A stretch of DNA of 64,000 nt from Candidatus Zixiibacteriota bacterium (GCA_041742355.1 JBGSIV010000214.1:554-64553), one strand, 5' to 3'; shown: positions 47,214-56,377, counted from the first letter of the stretch. Translations and numbers: made by a program. The notes: generated from the letters alone by a model not told the origin.

Positions 47214-48659
47214 GTGCACATCGACGACACGACAACTACTTCCCGCCCCCGACGAACCGGGGGCGGGATATCTCTGCCTGCATCGGATCGCTGGGCGCTG
47301 ATAGTGATTGCCCTGTTCGGTCTGCTCCACCTCTACAATATCACCGCTCCCCCCAACGGCTACCATGCCTGGCGTGAGTCGGACACCGCTGTGGTCGCTC
47401 TCAATTACTTCCAGTTCGATCGGCCGCTGCTGTCGCCCATGACGAACGAACTGCATTCGATGGCCGACGGCCTCCGGATGGAGGTCCCGGTCTACTGCTG
47501 GCTCTCTGCGTGGGGGTACGAGCTGGTCGGGTTTACGCATGTCGTCCCGCATGTTGTCACGCTGCTGTTCGGCTGCCTTGGCCTGTTCGCGTTTTACCGC
47601 CTGGTGCGCAGCCTGAGCGACGACCAAACCGCTTTGTTCAGCCTGATCGCGCTGGCGCTCTCGCCGCTGTATTTCTACTACAGTTTCAAGATCATGCCCG
47701 ACATTACGATGCTCGGCCTGACGTTGTGTGCCGCCTGGCTGTATGTCGCTTCGGTCGACGGCAGAGACATCTGGCGGTTGATTCTCGCCGCGCTCTGCCT
47801 CGGTCTGGCCGCCTCGATCAAACCGTTCGCGCTGGCGATACTCCTGCCGCTCCTGTGGGTCAGCCTCAGACGCCAACCGGGCCGCGCAAGGTCGCTGGGG
47901 AGGTTCGGGCTTTTCGCTCTTATCGCCGCTGCGCCTCCGGTCCTCTGGATGGCGACCACGGGCTGGCTCATGGAGCGAACGCCGGTTCTCGGATCGTTTG
48001 CGACCTACCTCTTCAGTGAGTTGTTCCTCAAACGCTTCCTGCTCCAGTGGCCGTGGGATCTCTTTGTCGGGTGGGTGCTCCTCCCGCCGTTTCTGTTCGG
48101 GCTCTGGCGCGCAGTCCGGCGTCAGGCGCCGCCGTTCTTCCTCTGGTGGCTTGCGGCGGGTGCGGTGGTTGTCATTCTCACCGCCCGCTACTCGCGCATT
48201 CATGATTACTATTCGCTCATACTCACGCCCGCCCTTGCCGCTCTCACCAGCCTTGGCTTTGTCCACCTGTGGCGGGCGCGGTACGGGCGGGTGATCGCTG
48301 TCGTGCTCATACTTGCCGCGCCTGTCGGCATTGCCCTGCGGGTGAAGGACCGCTTTGCGCCTGATCCCGCGTACCACGAAATTCGCCGCGCCGCCGAGCA
48401 ACTTATCCCGGCTGACACGCCGGTGATTGTCGCCGACGATACCCGGGGGGCTGTGCCGCTCTACCAGTTGAATCGCCGCGGCTGGTGGCTTGACTCGGTT
48501 GACGACACGGCGCAGGTTTGGTGGTGTGTCGAGCAGGGGGCGCGGTATCTTGTCCTCGAGCGGCCATTGGAGCAATCGGCCGCGCCGGTCGCACATTATG
48601 TTGAACGCGAGCCCTACCGGCTGGGACCACTGTATGCCTACCGCCTGTCCCGGCCATAA
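47214..48659 (+). CDS. GT39/ArnT-like (PMT_2-type) integral-membrane glycosyltransferase
   Basis: A multi-TM protein whose N-terminal region (ALFGLLHLYNITAPPNGYHAWRESDTA) is typical of dolichyl-phosphate-mannose-type transferases. The start is unresolved: GTG 47214, CTG 47274, or the ATG at 47094, which overlaps hutU by 92 nt. Confidence 0.6.
   Translation: MHIDDTTTTSRPRRTGGGISLPASDRWALIVIALFGLLHLYNITAPPNGYHAWRESDTAVVALNYFQFDRPLLSPMTNELHSMADGLRMEVPVYCWLSAWGYELVGFTHVVPHVVTLLFGCLGLFAFYRLVRSLSDDQTALFSLIALALSPLYFYYSFKIMPDITMLGLTLCAAWLYVASVDGRDIWRLILAALCLGLAASIKPFALAILLPLLWVSLRRQPGRARSLGRFGLFALIAAAPPVLWMATTGWLMERTPVLGSFATYLFSELFLKRFLLQWPWDLFVGWVLLPPFLFGLWRAVRRQAPPFFLWWLAAGAVVVILTARYSRIHDYYSLILTPALAALTSLGFVHLWRARYGRVIAVVLILAAPVGIALRVKDRFAPDPAYHEIRRAAEQLIPADTPVIVADDTRGAVPLYQLNRRGWWLDSVDDTAQVWWCVEQGARYLVLERPLEQSAAPVAHYVEREPYRLGPLYAYRLSRP
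47241..47268 (+). terminator. strong hairpin after hutU (possible terminator or attenuator)
   Basis: Perfect 11-bp stem TCCCGCCCCCG/CGGGGGCGGGA with loop ACGAAC. The tail TATCTCTGCC is T-poor. Confidence 0.35.
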
Positions 48660-48672
48660 GGAGAATTGCCGT

Positions 48673-49641
48673 ATGTCAAACACCCGGACTGTCCGTTTCA
48701 TGGTGAGCCTCGTCGCGGCTGCCGCGCTCTGTCTGTCCTGCGACGAAAAAGTCGAACGCAAGGGATTCGATCAATCCCCCGTCCAACTGCCCGACTCATG
48801 CGTTCCCTATGTCTTTAGTATCGATTCTCTCCCCTACAACCAGCTCCCGAATATCGGCTACAATCTCGACGCCCTCAACGATACGGCTGTTGCGACCGAT
48901 CCGCTCGGTGTTGTCATGTACCGGTACAAGGACGCGATGTACTACCATCCGGTCGAGCTGGCCCACCGGTCGTTGCGGCTGCTTGCGGCTTTTCACGGGA
49001 CCGGCGACTCCACCTGGCTGAAGCAGTTGCTTCGTCATGTCGATCGCACCCTGCGCGAGGCCATTGAGATCGATGGCGCGCTGTACTACCCGTACCACTA
49101 CGACAACTGGGTGAATCAGCAGGAGGAGGGCTATCTCCGGGCGCCGTGGTTTTCCGGTATGGCGCAGGGGGAAATTCTCGGCGTGCTCACGCGCACGTTT
49201 CTGGTCACCGGCGACTCGCTCTACCTGAGGGCTGCCGACCGGACTTTCGCCACGATGCTCCGCCCGCAGGGGGAATCCGTTCCCTGGACCGTGTTCTTTG
49301 ATTCTCTCGGCTGCTACTGGATCGAGGAGTACCCCACGCCGATTCCGAGCAAGACGCTCAACGGCTTCATTTTCGGATTGTATGGTGTCTACGACTACTA
49401 CCAGTTGACCAAGAGTCCGGAGGCTTATGAGGTGCTGCAGCAGTCGCTTCGCACGATCAAGAACTATATCCCTTCGTTCCGGCGGCCGGGCAAGCCAAGC
49501 CTCTACGGCCTTCGGTTCGGCCACTTCGCGGGTGATTACCACATGATCCACATCAACCAGTTGCGTATGCTCCAGCGCATGACCGGCGACCCGGCGTTTG
49601 GCGAGTGGGCCGATTCCCTCGAATCGGACTTCCGGGAGTAG
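48673..49641 (+). CDS. lipoprotein resembling a D-glucuronyl C5-epimerase C-terminal domain
   Basis: Lipobox ALCLSC. Motif APWFSGMAQGEILGVL recalls the SxMAQG segment of C5-epimerases (from memory, not searched). Confidence 0.5.
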   Translation: MSNTRTVRFMVSLVAAAALCLSCDEKVERKGFDQSPVQLPDSCVPYVFSIDSLPYNQLPNIGYNLDALNDTAVATDPLGVVMYRYKDAMYYHPVELAHRSLRLLAAFHGTGDSTWLKQLLRHVDRTLREAIEIDGALYYPYHYDNWVNQQEEGYLRAPWFSGMAQGEILGVLTRTFLVTGDSLYLRAADRTFATMLRPQGESVPWTVFFDSLGCYWIEEYPTPIPSKTLNGFIFGLYGVYDYYQLTKSPEAYEVLQQSLRTIKNYIPSFRRPGKPSLYGLRFGHFAGDYHMIHINQLRMLQRMTGDPAFGEWADSLESDFRE

Positions 49642-49669
49642 ACAACATCGGCTCCAACGGAGTTTGAGA

Positions 49670-49697
49670 TTGACGGCTGATCGCCCGCTCGTATATT
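49670..49697 (+). promoter_or_regulatory. sigma70-like promoter TTGACG-16 nt-TATATT placed 6 nt before the hutI ATG (leaderless candidate)
   Basis: -35 at 49670-49675 and -10 at 49692-49697, with the ATG at 49704. No Shine-Dalgarno sequence in between. Confidence 0.5.
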
Positions 49698-49703
49698 CAG
49701 ATC

Positions 49704-50972
49704 ATGCCACCAAAGAAAAAAGTCACGCTGCTCATTAAGAACATCGGGCAACTGGTCTCCATGGCCGGCCCGGCCCCGCGTCTCGGCCCGGCCATGAATG
49801 ATATCGGCCTGATCGACCATGGCGGTATCGCGGTCGCCGGCGACGAGATCATCGCGGTCGGCAAGTCGGAAGATGTCGAGCGCCATTCGCCGGTGGCCGA
49901 GAGCTGCACGGTTATCGACGCCAAGGGGGCGGTTGTCACCCCCGGCTTCATCGACCCGCACACGCACCCGGTTTTCTCGATGACCCGGGAGAATGAATTC
50001 GAAATGCGGATCCAGGGCAAGACCTACATGGAAATTGCCCAGGCGGGCGGTGGTATCCGCGCCTCGGTCCGCGATCTGCGCGGCACCGACAAGCAGATCC
50101 TCGCCGAGCACACCAGGAAGCGGGTCACCCGCATGCTCCGCTACGGCGTCACCACGATCGAGGCGAAGTCGGGCTACGGCCTGTCGACGGAGTCGGAGCT
50201 TAAGCAGCTCGAGGTTATCCGCGACCTCACCCAGCAGGTTGCGATCGAGATGATTCCGAGCTTCCTCGGCGCCCACGAGGTTCCCGATGAGTATCGCGAG
50301 AACCCCGAGGCGTATGTCGACCTGCTGGTTGAGGAGATGATCCCGGCGGTTGCTTCGGCGAAACTGGCCGAATTCTCCGATATTTTCACCGAGGTCGGCG
50401 TGTTTGATATCGAGCAGTCCCGGCGTATTCAGACCGCCGCGAAGAAAGCCGGCCTGAAGCTCAAGTTCCACGCCGATGAACTCAATCCTTTCGGCGGAGC
50501 CGAACTGGCCGCCGAACTGGGCGCGATCTCGGCCGACCACCTCGTGTACATTTCCGACGCCGGGATCAAGGCGCTGGCCGAGGCGGGCACGGTTGCGGTC
50601 CTTCTGCCCGGCACGACGTTTTCGCTCGGGCATTCGAAGTATGCGCCGGCGCGTAAGATGATCGAGGCCGGTGTCACGGTCGCCCTTTCGACCGACTGTA
50701 ATCCCGGCTCCAGTTACACCGAGTCGTTGCCGTTTATCACCTCGCTGGCCGCCCTGCATTTCCGCATGACTGCCGCCGAGGCCCTGACCGCGGTGACGGC
50801 CAACGCCGCCTGTGCGGTCGGCCGCCAGAAGACCCTTGGACGGCTCGAGCCGGGGATGAAGGCGGATATCGTGATCTGGGACATGCAGAACTACCGCGAG
50901 TTGCCCTATCACTACGCGGTGAACCTGGTTTCGCGCGTGATAAAGAGTGGTAAAGTGGTGGTGAGCCACTAG
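49704..50972 (+). CDS. hutI: imidazolonepropionase
   Basis: 422 aa amidohydrolase with metal ligands (FIDPHTHPVF, KFHADEL). Confidence 0.93.
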   Translation: MPPKKKVTLLIKNIGQLVSMAGPAPRLGPAMNDIGLIDHGGIAVAGDEIIAVGKSEDVERHSPVAESCTVIDAKGAVVTPGFIDPHTHPVFSMTRENEFEMRIQGKTYMEIAQAGGGIRASVRDLRGTDKQILAEHTRKRVTRMLRYGVTTIEAKSGYGLSTESELKQLEVIRDLTQQVAIEMIPSFLGAHEVPDEYRENPEAYVDLLVEEMIPAVASAKLAEFSDIFTEVGVFDIEQSRRIQTAAKKAGLKLKFHADELNPFGGAELAAELGAISADHLVYISDAGIKALAEAGTVAVLLPGTTFSLGHSKYAPARKMIEAGVTVALSTDCNPGSSYTESLPFITSLAALHFRMTAAEALTAVTANAACAVGRQKTLGRLEPGMKADIVIWDMQNYRELPYHYAVNLVSRVIKSGKVVVSH

Positions 50973-51000
50973 GTTTTCGAAGAGGTTATGTCATCGATGG

Positions 51001-51153
51001 GGTGTCTGGTGGGGTCACCTGACACCACGGAGAAGTCAATTGTCAGGATCATGTGGCCGTGGCATTGGCCTGGATCTGACACCTATATTCTGTCATCCCG
51101 GGCTTGACCCGGGATCCAGTTTTCTTGTAGGTCAGGACCCTTGTGGTTCTGAC
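51001..51153. repeat. REP-like cluster E
   Basis: Hairpins GTCTGGTG-GGGT-CACCTGAC (51004-51023), GTCAGGATC...GATCTGAC (51042-51080), ATCCCGGG-CTTGA-CCCGGGAT (51095-51115), and GTAG + GTCAGGACC-CTTGT-GGTTCTGAC (51127-51153). Confidence 0.8.
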
Positions 51154-51182
51154 ATGGACCTAAGCCGAACGGTTGATATAAC

Positions 51183-51680
51183 ATGGACGTCAAACACACG
51201 ATCAGAATCTCTTGCCTCCTCCTGCTGGCGCTGTCTCTCGCCTCTTGCGGTGTGTACACGTTCAACCCGGCCGGCAAGTCGAGCATCAAGGCGATCTCTA
51301 TAGAGCGGTTCGAGAACAAGACAGTCGAACTTCAGGTCACCGACCAGCTCACGGATGACGTTATCGACGCCTTCATTGCCGATGGCACCTTGAAGGTCGT
51401 GCCGGAGGGGGTTGCCGACGCCCTTCTGCAGGGCACGCTCATCAACTACCGCCGCGCTCCATACCGGTTTACGGAGGGGGATGTGGTCGAATCGTACGCG
51501 GTGACGATGGAATTCCAGATCACGCTGACCGACCCAAAAGACAACGCCGAGATCTGGACCGAGCGGATGAGCCAGCTCGGGACCTATGAGATTGCGAGCG
51601 AGACCGAGGAGGACGCCCAGCGGGACGCGATTGCTCTGCTGGTCGAGGCGATCATTAACCGGACGACGAAGAGCTGGTGA
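51183..51680 (+). CDS. lptE: LptE-like LPS-assembly lipoprotein
   Basis: 165 aa. Lipobox LASC. SIKAISIERFENKT... pattern as in Bacteroidota-type LptE. Confidence 0.6.
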   Translation: MDVKHTIRISCLLLLALSLASCGVYTFNPAGKSSIKAISIERFENKTVELQVTDQLTDDVIDAFIADGTLKVVPEGVADALLQGTLINYRRAPYRFTEGDVVESYAVTMEFQITLTDPKDNAEIWTERMSQLGTYEIASETEEDAQRDAIALLVEAIINRTTKSW

Positions 51681-51905
51681 AGTAGTCCGGGGACACGAAA
51701 CAAGGTGCCCTATCGTCTGGAGTGGGATCGGTCTTAGCCCCGGGGCGTCGCCGATGCCGCAGAGTTCTTCGCCCCCGTTCGGACGATTCCCCTCCGTCGC
51801 CCCAACGCCCCTTCAATTGTATAATATTCACCGGTCTGCCGACCCGGTATATAAGTTGACAGCCCGCGCCGGGTGCCGTATCATCGTGCTGGAAGGACTA
51901 CATTA

Positions 51906-52916
51906 ATGCTCAAAAACTTGTACCGATTCCCGCATCCATGTCATGCTTCGACTCCGCTCAGCATGACATACGTTGTTGCTTTCCTCGCCGCCGCCGTCTT
52001 TATCGGCGTCACCCTCTTTGTCGGCGCCTCGGCGTGGTCGGCGGACGTCAACAAGAACGCCGGCACGAGCGGCTTTGCGTTCCTCAAAATCGATGTCGGC
52101 GCCCGGGCGGTCGGCATGGGGGGTGCGTTTACCGGCCTGGCCGACGATGAGTCGGCGCTCTACTACAACCCGGCCGGGATTGCCCTCTTCGAGGAACCCC
52201 GCCTGATCGCCGGTTACCACAGCTATGTGGCCGACATGCAGTCCGGTTTCCTCGGTTATATCCGGCCGTTCGGCGGCAACAAAGCGTTTGGCGCCTATGT
52301 CAGCTATCTCAACTACGGCGATTTCACGGAGACCGACATGGAGGGGAACACCCTCGGCGAGTTCGGCGGGAGTGACCTGCTGTTTGGTCTGACCGGCGCG
52401 TTCCGCCCCCGCTACGGGCTCGCGTTCGGCGCGACGGTCAAGTTTGTCTATGAGAAGCTGCAGGAGTTTTCGGCGACGGGGCTCGCCGCCGATCTTGGCG
52501 CCCGGTACGCCACCAACCGCGACCGCTATATTTTCGGGCTGGCGATCCAGCACCTCGGCGCCCAGCTCTCTTCCCTCGGCGATGAGAAGGATGACCTTCC
52601 GATCACGGTCCGCGGGGGAGTCGCCACACGTCCCAAAGGCCTGCCGCTGACGCTTGTCGGCGATGTTATCGTCCCGATCGACAACGATCCGGTCCTTGCG
52701 TTCGGGGCCGAGTATGTCGAGTTGAAGCCCCTTTACCTTCGCCTCGGCTGGAACAGCTTCGGCAGCAACTACCGCACGGCCGATTCCGAGGATTCGTGGG
52801 CCGGGCTCGGCGTGGGCGTCGGGTTCGATATCAAGGAGTTCCATGTTTCATACGCCTTCACGCCCGGCGCCGAGCTGGGCGACAGCCACCGAATCACTTT
52901 TACGGGGGGTATTTAA
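51906..52916 (+). CDS. PorV/PorQ-family outer-membrane beta-barrel (T9SS-associated)
   Basis: GTSGFAFLKIDVGARAVGMGGAFTGLADDESALYYNPAGIA motif. The ATG at 51906 has a GGAAGGA ribosome-binding site 8 nt upstream. An alternative ATG lies at 51963. Confidence 0.65.
   Translation: MLKNLYRFPHPCHASTPLSMTYVVAFLAAAVFIGVTLFVGASAWSADVNKNAGTSGFAFLKIDVGARAVGMGGAFTGLADDESALYYNPAGIALFEEPRLIAGYHSYVADMQSGFLGYIRPFGGNKAFGAYVSYLNYGDFTETDMEGNTLGEFGGSDLLFGLTGAFRPRYGLAFGATVKFVYEKLQEFSATGLAADLGARYATNRDRYIFGLAIQHLGAQLSSLGDEKDDLPITVRGGVATRPKGLPLTLVGDVIVPIDNDPVLAFGAEYVELKPLYLRLGWNSFGSNYRTADSEDSWAGLGVGVGFDIKEFHVSYAFTPGAELGDSHRITFTGGI
51940..51967. repeat. REP hairpin inside the 5' end of the PorV/PorQ-like gene
   Basis: GTCATGCT-TCGACTCCGCTC-AGCATGAC. 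The loop is the exact reverse complement of the loop at 44851-44862. Confidence 0.85.
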
Positions 52917-52919
52917 GGA

Positions 52920-53378
52920 ATGAATCTGCGCGTCCTCACCGTCACGCTGTTGCTGACAGCCGTTTTGGCCGCCCTGCTCGGCTGCGGCAATTCCAAGCCA
53001 CCCGGCCCCAAGGAAGCCGTCATAGCCATGTTCGGGGCTATGGAAAAAGACGATAAGGCGAGTCTCGCCCACCTGCTCGACCTTGCCGAGCTGATGAGGA
53101 ATATCAACGAGGACTATGCCCTGCAGACCGACCAGCCGCGCCGCTTCACGAACCCGGAACAGATCCTCGATGACCTCACCGGTAACGGGGTGACCAAGCA
53201 GCGGTGGTTCTCCCACCAGCGGATTGTCAACAAGGTCGATATAGAAGGCCAACAGGCCACGGTCGAAGTCACGTTCCAGGACAAGGTCACCAACAAAGCG
53301 TACCTCACGAAGTTCGGCCTGCACGTTGTCAACGACCGGTGGAAGATCTACAGCTTCAACGCGTATTCGACCAACTAG
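52920..53378 (+). CDS. hypothetical lipoprotein
   Basis: 152 aa. Lipobox LLGC. Starts 3 nt after the upstream gene. Confidence 0.65.
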   Translation: MNLRVLTVTLLLTAVLAALLGCGNSKPPGPKEAVIAMFGAMEKDDKASLAHLLDLAELMRNINEDYALQTDQPRRFTNPEQILDDLTGNGVTKQRWFSHQRIVNKVDIEGQQATVEVTFQDKVTNKAYLTKFGLHVVNDRWKIYSFNAYSTN

Positions 53379-54084
53379 CGTCGCGGGCTGTCCCGGCGGC
53401 GACATCTCACGGATAGAATTGATGCCCGGCGTCTCTCCGACGCCGGATCGGGTAGAGCGACTACCTGTTCGTTGCCGTTGCCGACACTTCCTGACATAAT
53501 GCTGGCGTGCTGTGCTCGCGACGAATCGCATGCGAGTGCGTGCGAAGGCAAAAAAAAAGAAGCCTACCACACGATCAACCAGGGACAGAGGGGGAAATCC
53601 CCGGCAGTCGGACTACGTGGTAAGCTTCGAATTTTTCCTACTCTGACTGCCAAAAGTATAAGTACCCCCCTTCCGTTTGTCAAACACTTATCCACAATTC
53701 GGCCGGTTCAGCAAAAATTGTGAAGCACTGATCCGGGGTTGCAGTCGACCTGGAGTGCTTCCGTAAGCCCTTAATTCTTAAATTCTTAAGTGAAACGAAC
53801 GGATTACCCCGCCATATTTGCCTGTCCACGTTCGGTAAGTGGCTACGGATCTTTCCCGGACTGCGCCGTACCTACCGACACCCTATTGGCTTCTTCGTCT
53901 GCGCCTGATCCTTCGCCCCTATCGGAGAACCGCACTTCTGTGTCGAGCGCATTACACGCGCCCGCCCCGCTGTTCGTCTAAAAAGTGGGATTACTCTACA
54001 ATTGCAGTTGTGCCGGGAAATGGCCTAATGTATATTGGTCGACCGACGCGATGATATCGGTGATTTCGAGGAGAGAAGGACACG

Positions 54085-54567
54085 ATGAAAAAGATTTCTG
54101 TGGTATTGATTGCTGTGTTTGTGATCGGGGTTGTGGGGCTTTCCTGCAGAGAGGATGTGTTTCTTCCGCCGCTGCCGACCCTGGTGGGCGACTATGTCGG
54201 CACGTACACGTTCAAGAGGGGCGAAGGCGTTAATGCCGTTAGCGTCACCCAGGCTGTCACGTGGGTATTCGGCGAGACTTCGTATAATATGGTTGCGGAT
54301 AGTTCGTCCGATCTCTTTAACGAAACGGCCTGTTTCTGCAAGAATTTCGGCTCCTACGCGTTGACGGACCGTGTTCGTCTGGAACCCGGCAGTGACCGTC
54401 CCGCGCCCGATTATCCGTGCACGAGCTGTGACCCCGAGTTGTCGGCCCAGGGGCTGTTCGCCCTGGAGCGCCCGAGCGGCGGGATCAAGCTGACGCAGAT
54501 CGAGCTGATCGACGGTGAGCAGATCACCAAGACGGTGGAGCTGCAGCGCGTTACTCCGACTGAGTAG
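54085..54567 (+). CDS. hypothetical lipoprotein
   Basis: 160 aa. Signal/lipobox VVGLSC. GAGGAGAGAAGG ribosome-binding region. Followed by a strong terminator. Confidence 0.65.
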   Translation: MKKISVVLIAVFVIGVVGLSCREDVFLPPLPTLVGDYVGTYTFKRGEGVNAVSVTQAVTWVFGETSYNMVADSSSDLFNETACFCKNFGSYALTDRVRLEPGSDRPAPDYPCTSCDPELSAQGLFALERPSGGIKLTQIELIDGEQITKTVELQRVTPTE

Positions 54568-54591
54568 CCCTTTGGGGCCAAAGATATGTGC

Positions 54592-54628
54592 AAGCGGCAG
54601 GCCTGGAGCCTGCCGCTTTTCTTTTTCC
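54592..54628 (+). terminator. rho-independent terminator
   Basis: 11-bp stem AAGCGGCAGGC/GCCTGCCGCTT with loop CTGGA, followed by TTCTTTTTCC. Confidence 0.85.
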
Positions 54629-54817
54629 TCCCCCGGCAGAAAGTGATTTACCTGACGGACCTTTTTGCCCATGTTACGGGCCGGGTTTAGAATCTGAACG
54701 AATGTGAGGTTCTCCCGCGGCCCGAGCACAACCGATCGGGCGCCGTCGCCCACCACATCATGGCAGCTGCGGGAGTACCCAGTGCGCGGCCACGTGCCGC
54801 GGGGAGGGATCTTCGTC

Positions 54818-56356
54818 ATGCTGTCCAAGATATTTTCCGCCTCAACGCTCGGTGTCGACGCGTACACGGTCGAGGTCGAAGCCGACATCCAGCAGCAACT
54901 GCCCGCTTTTGTGACGGTCGGTCTGCCCGATGGCGCGGTGCGCGAATCCAAAGAACGCGTGACCTCGGCCATCAAGAACTCCGACTTTGTCTTCCCGGCC
55001 AAGCGGGTCACTATCAATCTTGCGCCGGCGGACATCAAGAAGGAGGGATCGGCTTTCGACCTTCCGATCGCGGTCGGCATTCTGGCCGCCACCGGTCAGA
55101 TCCTCCGCGACCGTTTCGACGAATTCGTGATGGTCGGTGAGCTCTCGCTCGATGGCGCCCTGCGGGCGGTGCCGGGGGTGCTGCCGATGGCCATGAATTT
55201 CAACCGCGACAACGGGATCAAGGGGATCATTGTCCCCAAGGACAACGCGCGCGAGGCAGCCATGGCCGACACTATCCCGGTTTTCCCGGTCGACTCGCTC
55301 AAGGACGTCATCGCTTTCCTTGAAGACGAGTCCTCGATTGCGCCGTTCAAGGTCGACATCGAGTCGGTTTTCAACGAGGCCTACCACTACGCCATTGATT
55401 TCGCGGATGTTCGCGGCCAGGAGGCGGCCAAGCGCGCGCTTGAGGTATCCGCCGCCGGCGGCCACAACATCATCATGATCGGACCTCCCGGGTCGGGCAA
55501 GACCATGCTGGCGCGACGCGTGCCGACAATCTTGCCCGACCTCACGATTGAAGAAGCGCTCCAAACGACCAAGATACATTCTGTCGCCGGACGGCTGCCG
55601 GCCGGCGCGGCCCTGATCGCCACCCGCCCGTTTCGTTCGCCGCACCACTCGATTTCGTATGCCGGGCTGGTGGGCGGCGGCGCGATTCCCAAGCCGGGGG
55701 AGGTGTCGCTGGCCCATCACGGCGTGCTGTTTCTGGATGAACTGCCGGAATTCAAGAAGGACATCCTGGAGATGCTGCGCCAGCCAATGGAGGACAATGA
55801 CGTCACGATCTCCCGCGCCAGCACGACTATTACCTACCCGGCGGCGTTCATGCTGGTGGCGGCGATGAATCCCTGTCCGTGCGGCTATTTCGGGGATCCG
55901 TCACACGAGTGCAACTGCTCCTCAAGCGAGATCCAGCGCTACATGTCGCGCATCTCGGGGCCGCTCCTGGATCGGATTGACATTCATATCACGGTTCCGT
56001 CGGTGAACTTCAAGGATCTTTCGAGCGAAACCTGCGGGGAGAAGTCGTCGGTCATCCGCGCCCGGGTCAATCGCGCCCGCCAGCGCCAGATCGACCGTTT
56101 CAAGGGGGAGAAACAGATCTACTGCAATGCGCATATGGAATCGAAGGATATCCGGAAGTACTGCGAGATCGATGAGAAATCGCAGTCGCTGCTCGGGACG
56201 GCGATCACGCGGCAGGGGCTTTCGGCGCGGGCGTATGATCGGATTCTGAAGGTGGCGCGGACGATCGCGGACCTCGCCGATTGCGATCGGATCGACATGG
56301 GGCATGTGGCGGAGGCGATACATTATCGGACGCTGGATCGGCAGTTGTGGTTGTGA
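54818..56356 (+). CDS. comM: YifB/ComM-family Mg-chelatase-like AAA+ ATPase
   Basis: 512 aa. Lon-like N-terminal domain. Walker A GPPGSGKT. C-terminal ChlI-like region. GGGGAGGG ribosome-binding site. Confidence 0.9.
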   Translation: MLSKIFSASTLGVDAYTVEVEADIQQQLPAFVTVGLPDGAVRESKERVTSAIKNSDFVFPAKRVTINLAPADIKKEGSAFDLPIAVGILAATGQILRDRFDEFVMVGELSLDGALRAVPGVLPMAMNFNRDNGIKGIIVPKDNAREAAMADTIPVFPVDSLKDVIAFLEDESSIAPFKVDIESVFNEAYHYAIDFADVRGQEAAKRALEVSAAGGHNIIMIGPPGSGKTMLARRVPTILPDLTIEEALQTTKIHSVAGRLPAGAALIATRPFRSPHHSISYAGLVGGGAIPKPGEVSLAHHGVLFLDELPEFKKDILEMLRQPMEDNDVTISRASTTITYPAAFMLVAAMNPCPCGYFGDPSHECNCSSSEIQRYMSRISGPLLDRIDIHITVPSVNFKDLSSETCGEKSSVIRARVNRARQRQIDRFKGEKQIYCNAHMESKDIRKYCEIDEKSQSLLGTAITRQGLSARAYDRILKVARTIADLADCDRIDMGHVAEAIHYRTLDRQLWL

Positions 56357-56377
56357 GGGGGGGTGAGAGAATAGGAT

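Noticed and set aside
53840-53870. RNase P / SRP RNA-like 8-mer (minus strand AGTCCGGG)
   Set aside because: The other universally conserved blocks I recall for RNase P RNA (GGTAAGAGCGCACC-like, ACAGAA-CCGGCTTA-like) and for SRP RNA (GGAAGGAAGCAGC) are not present nearby on either strand.
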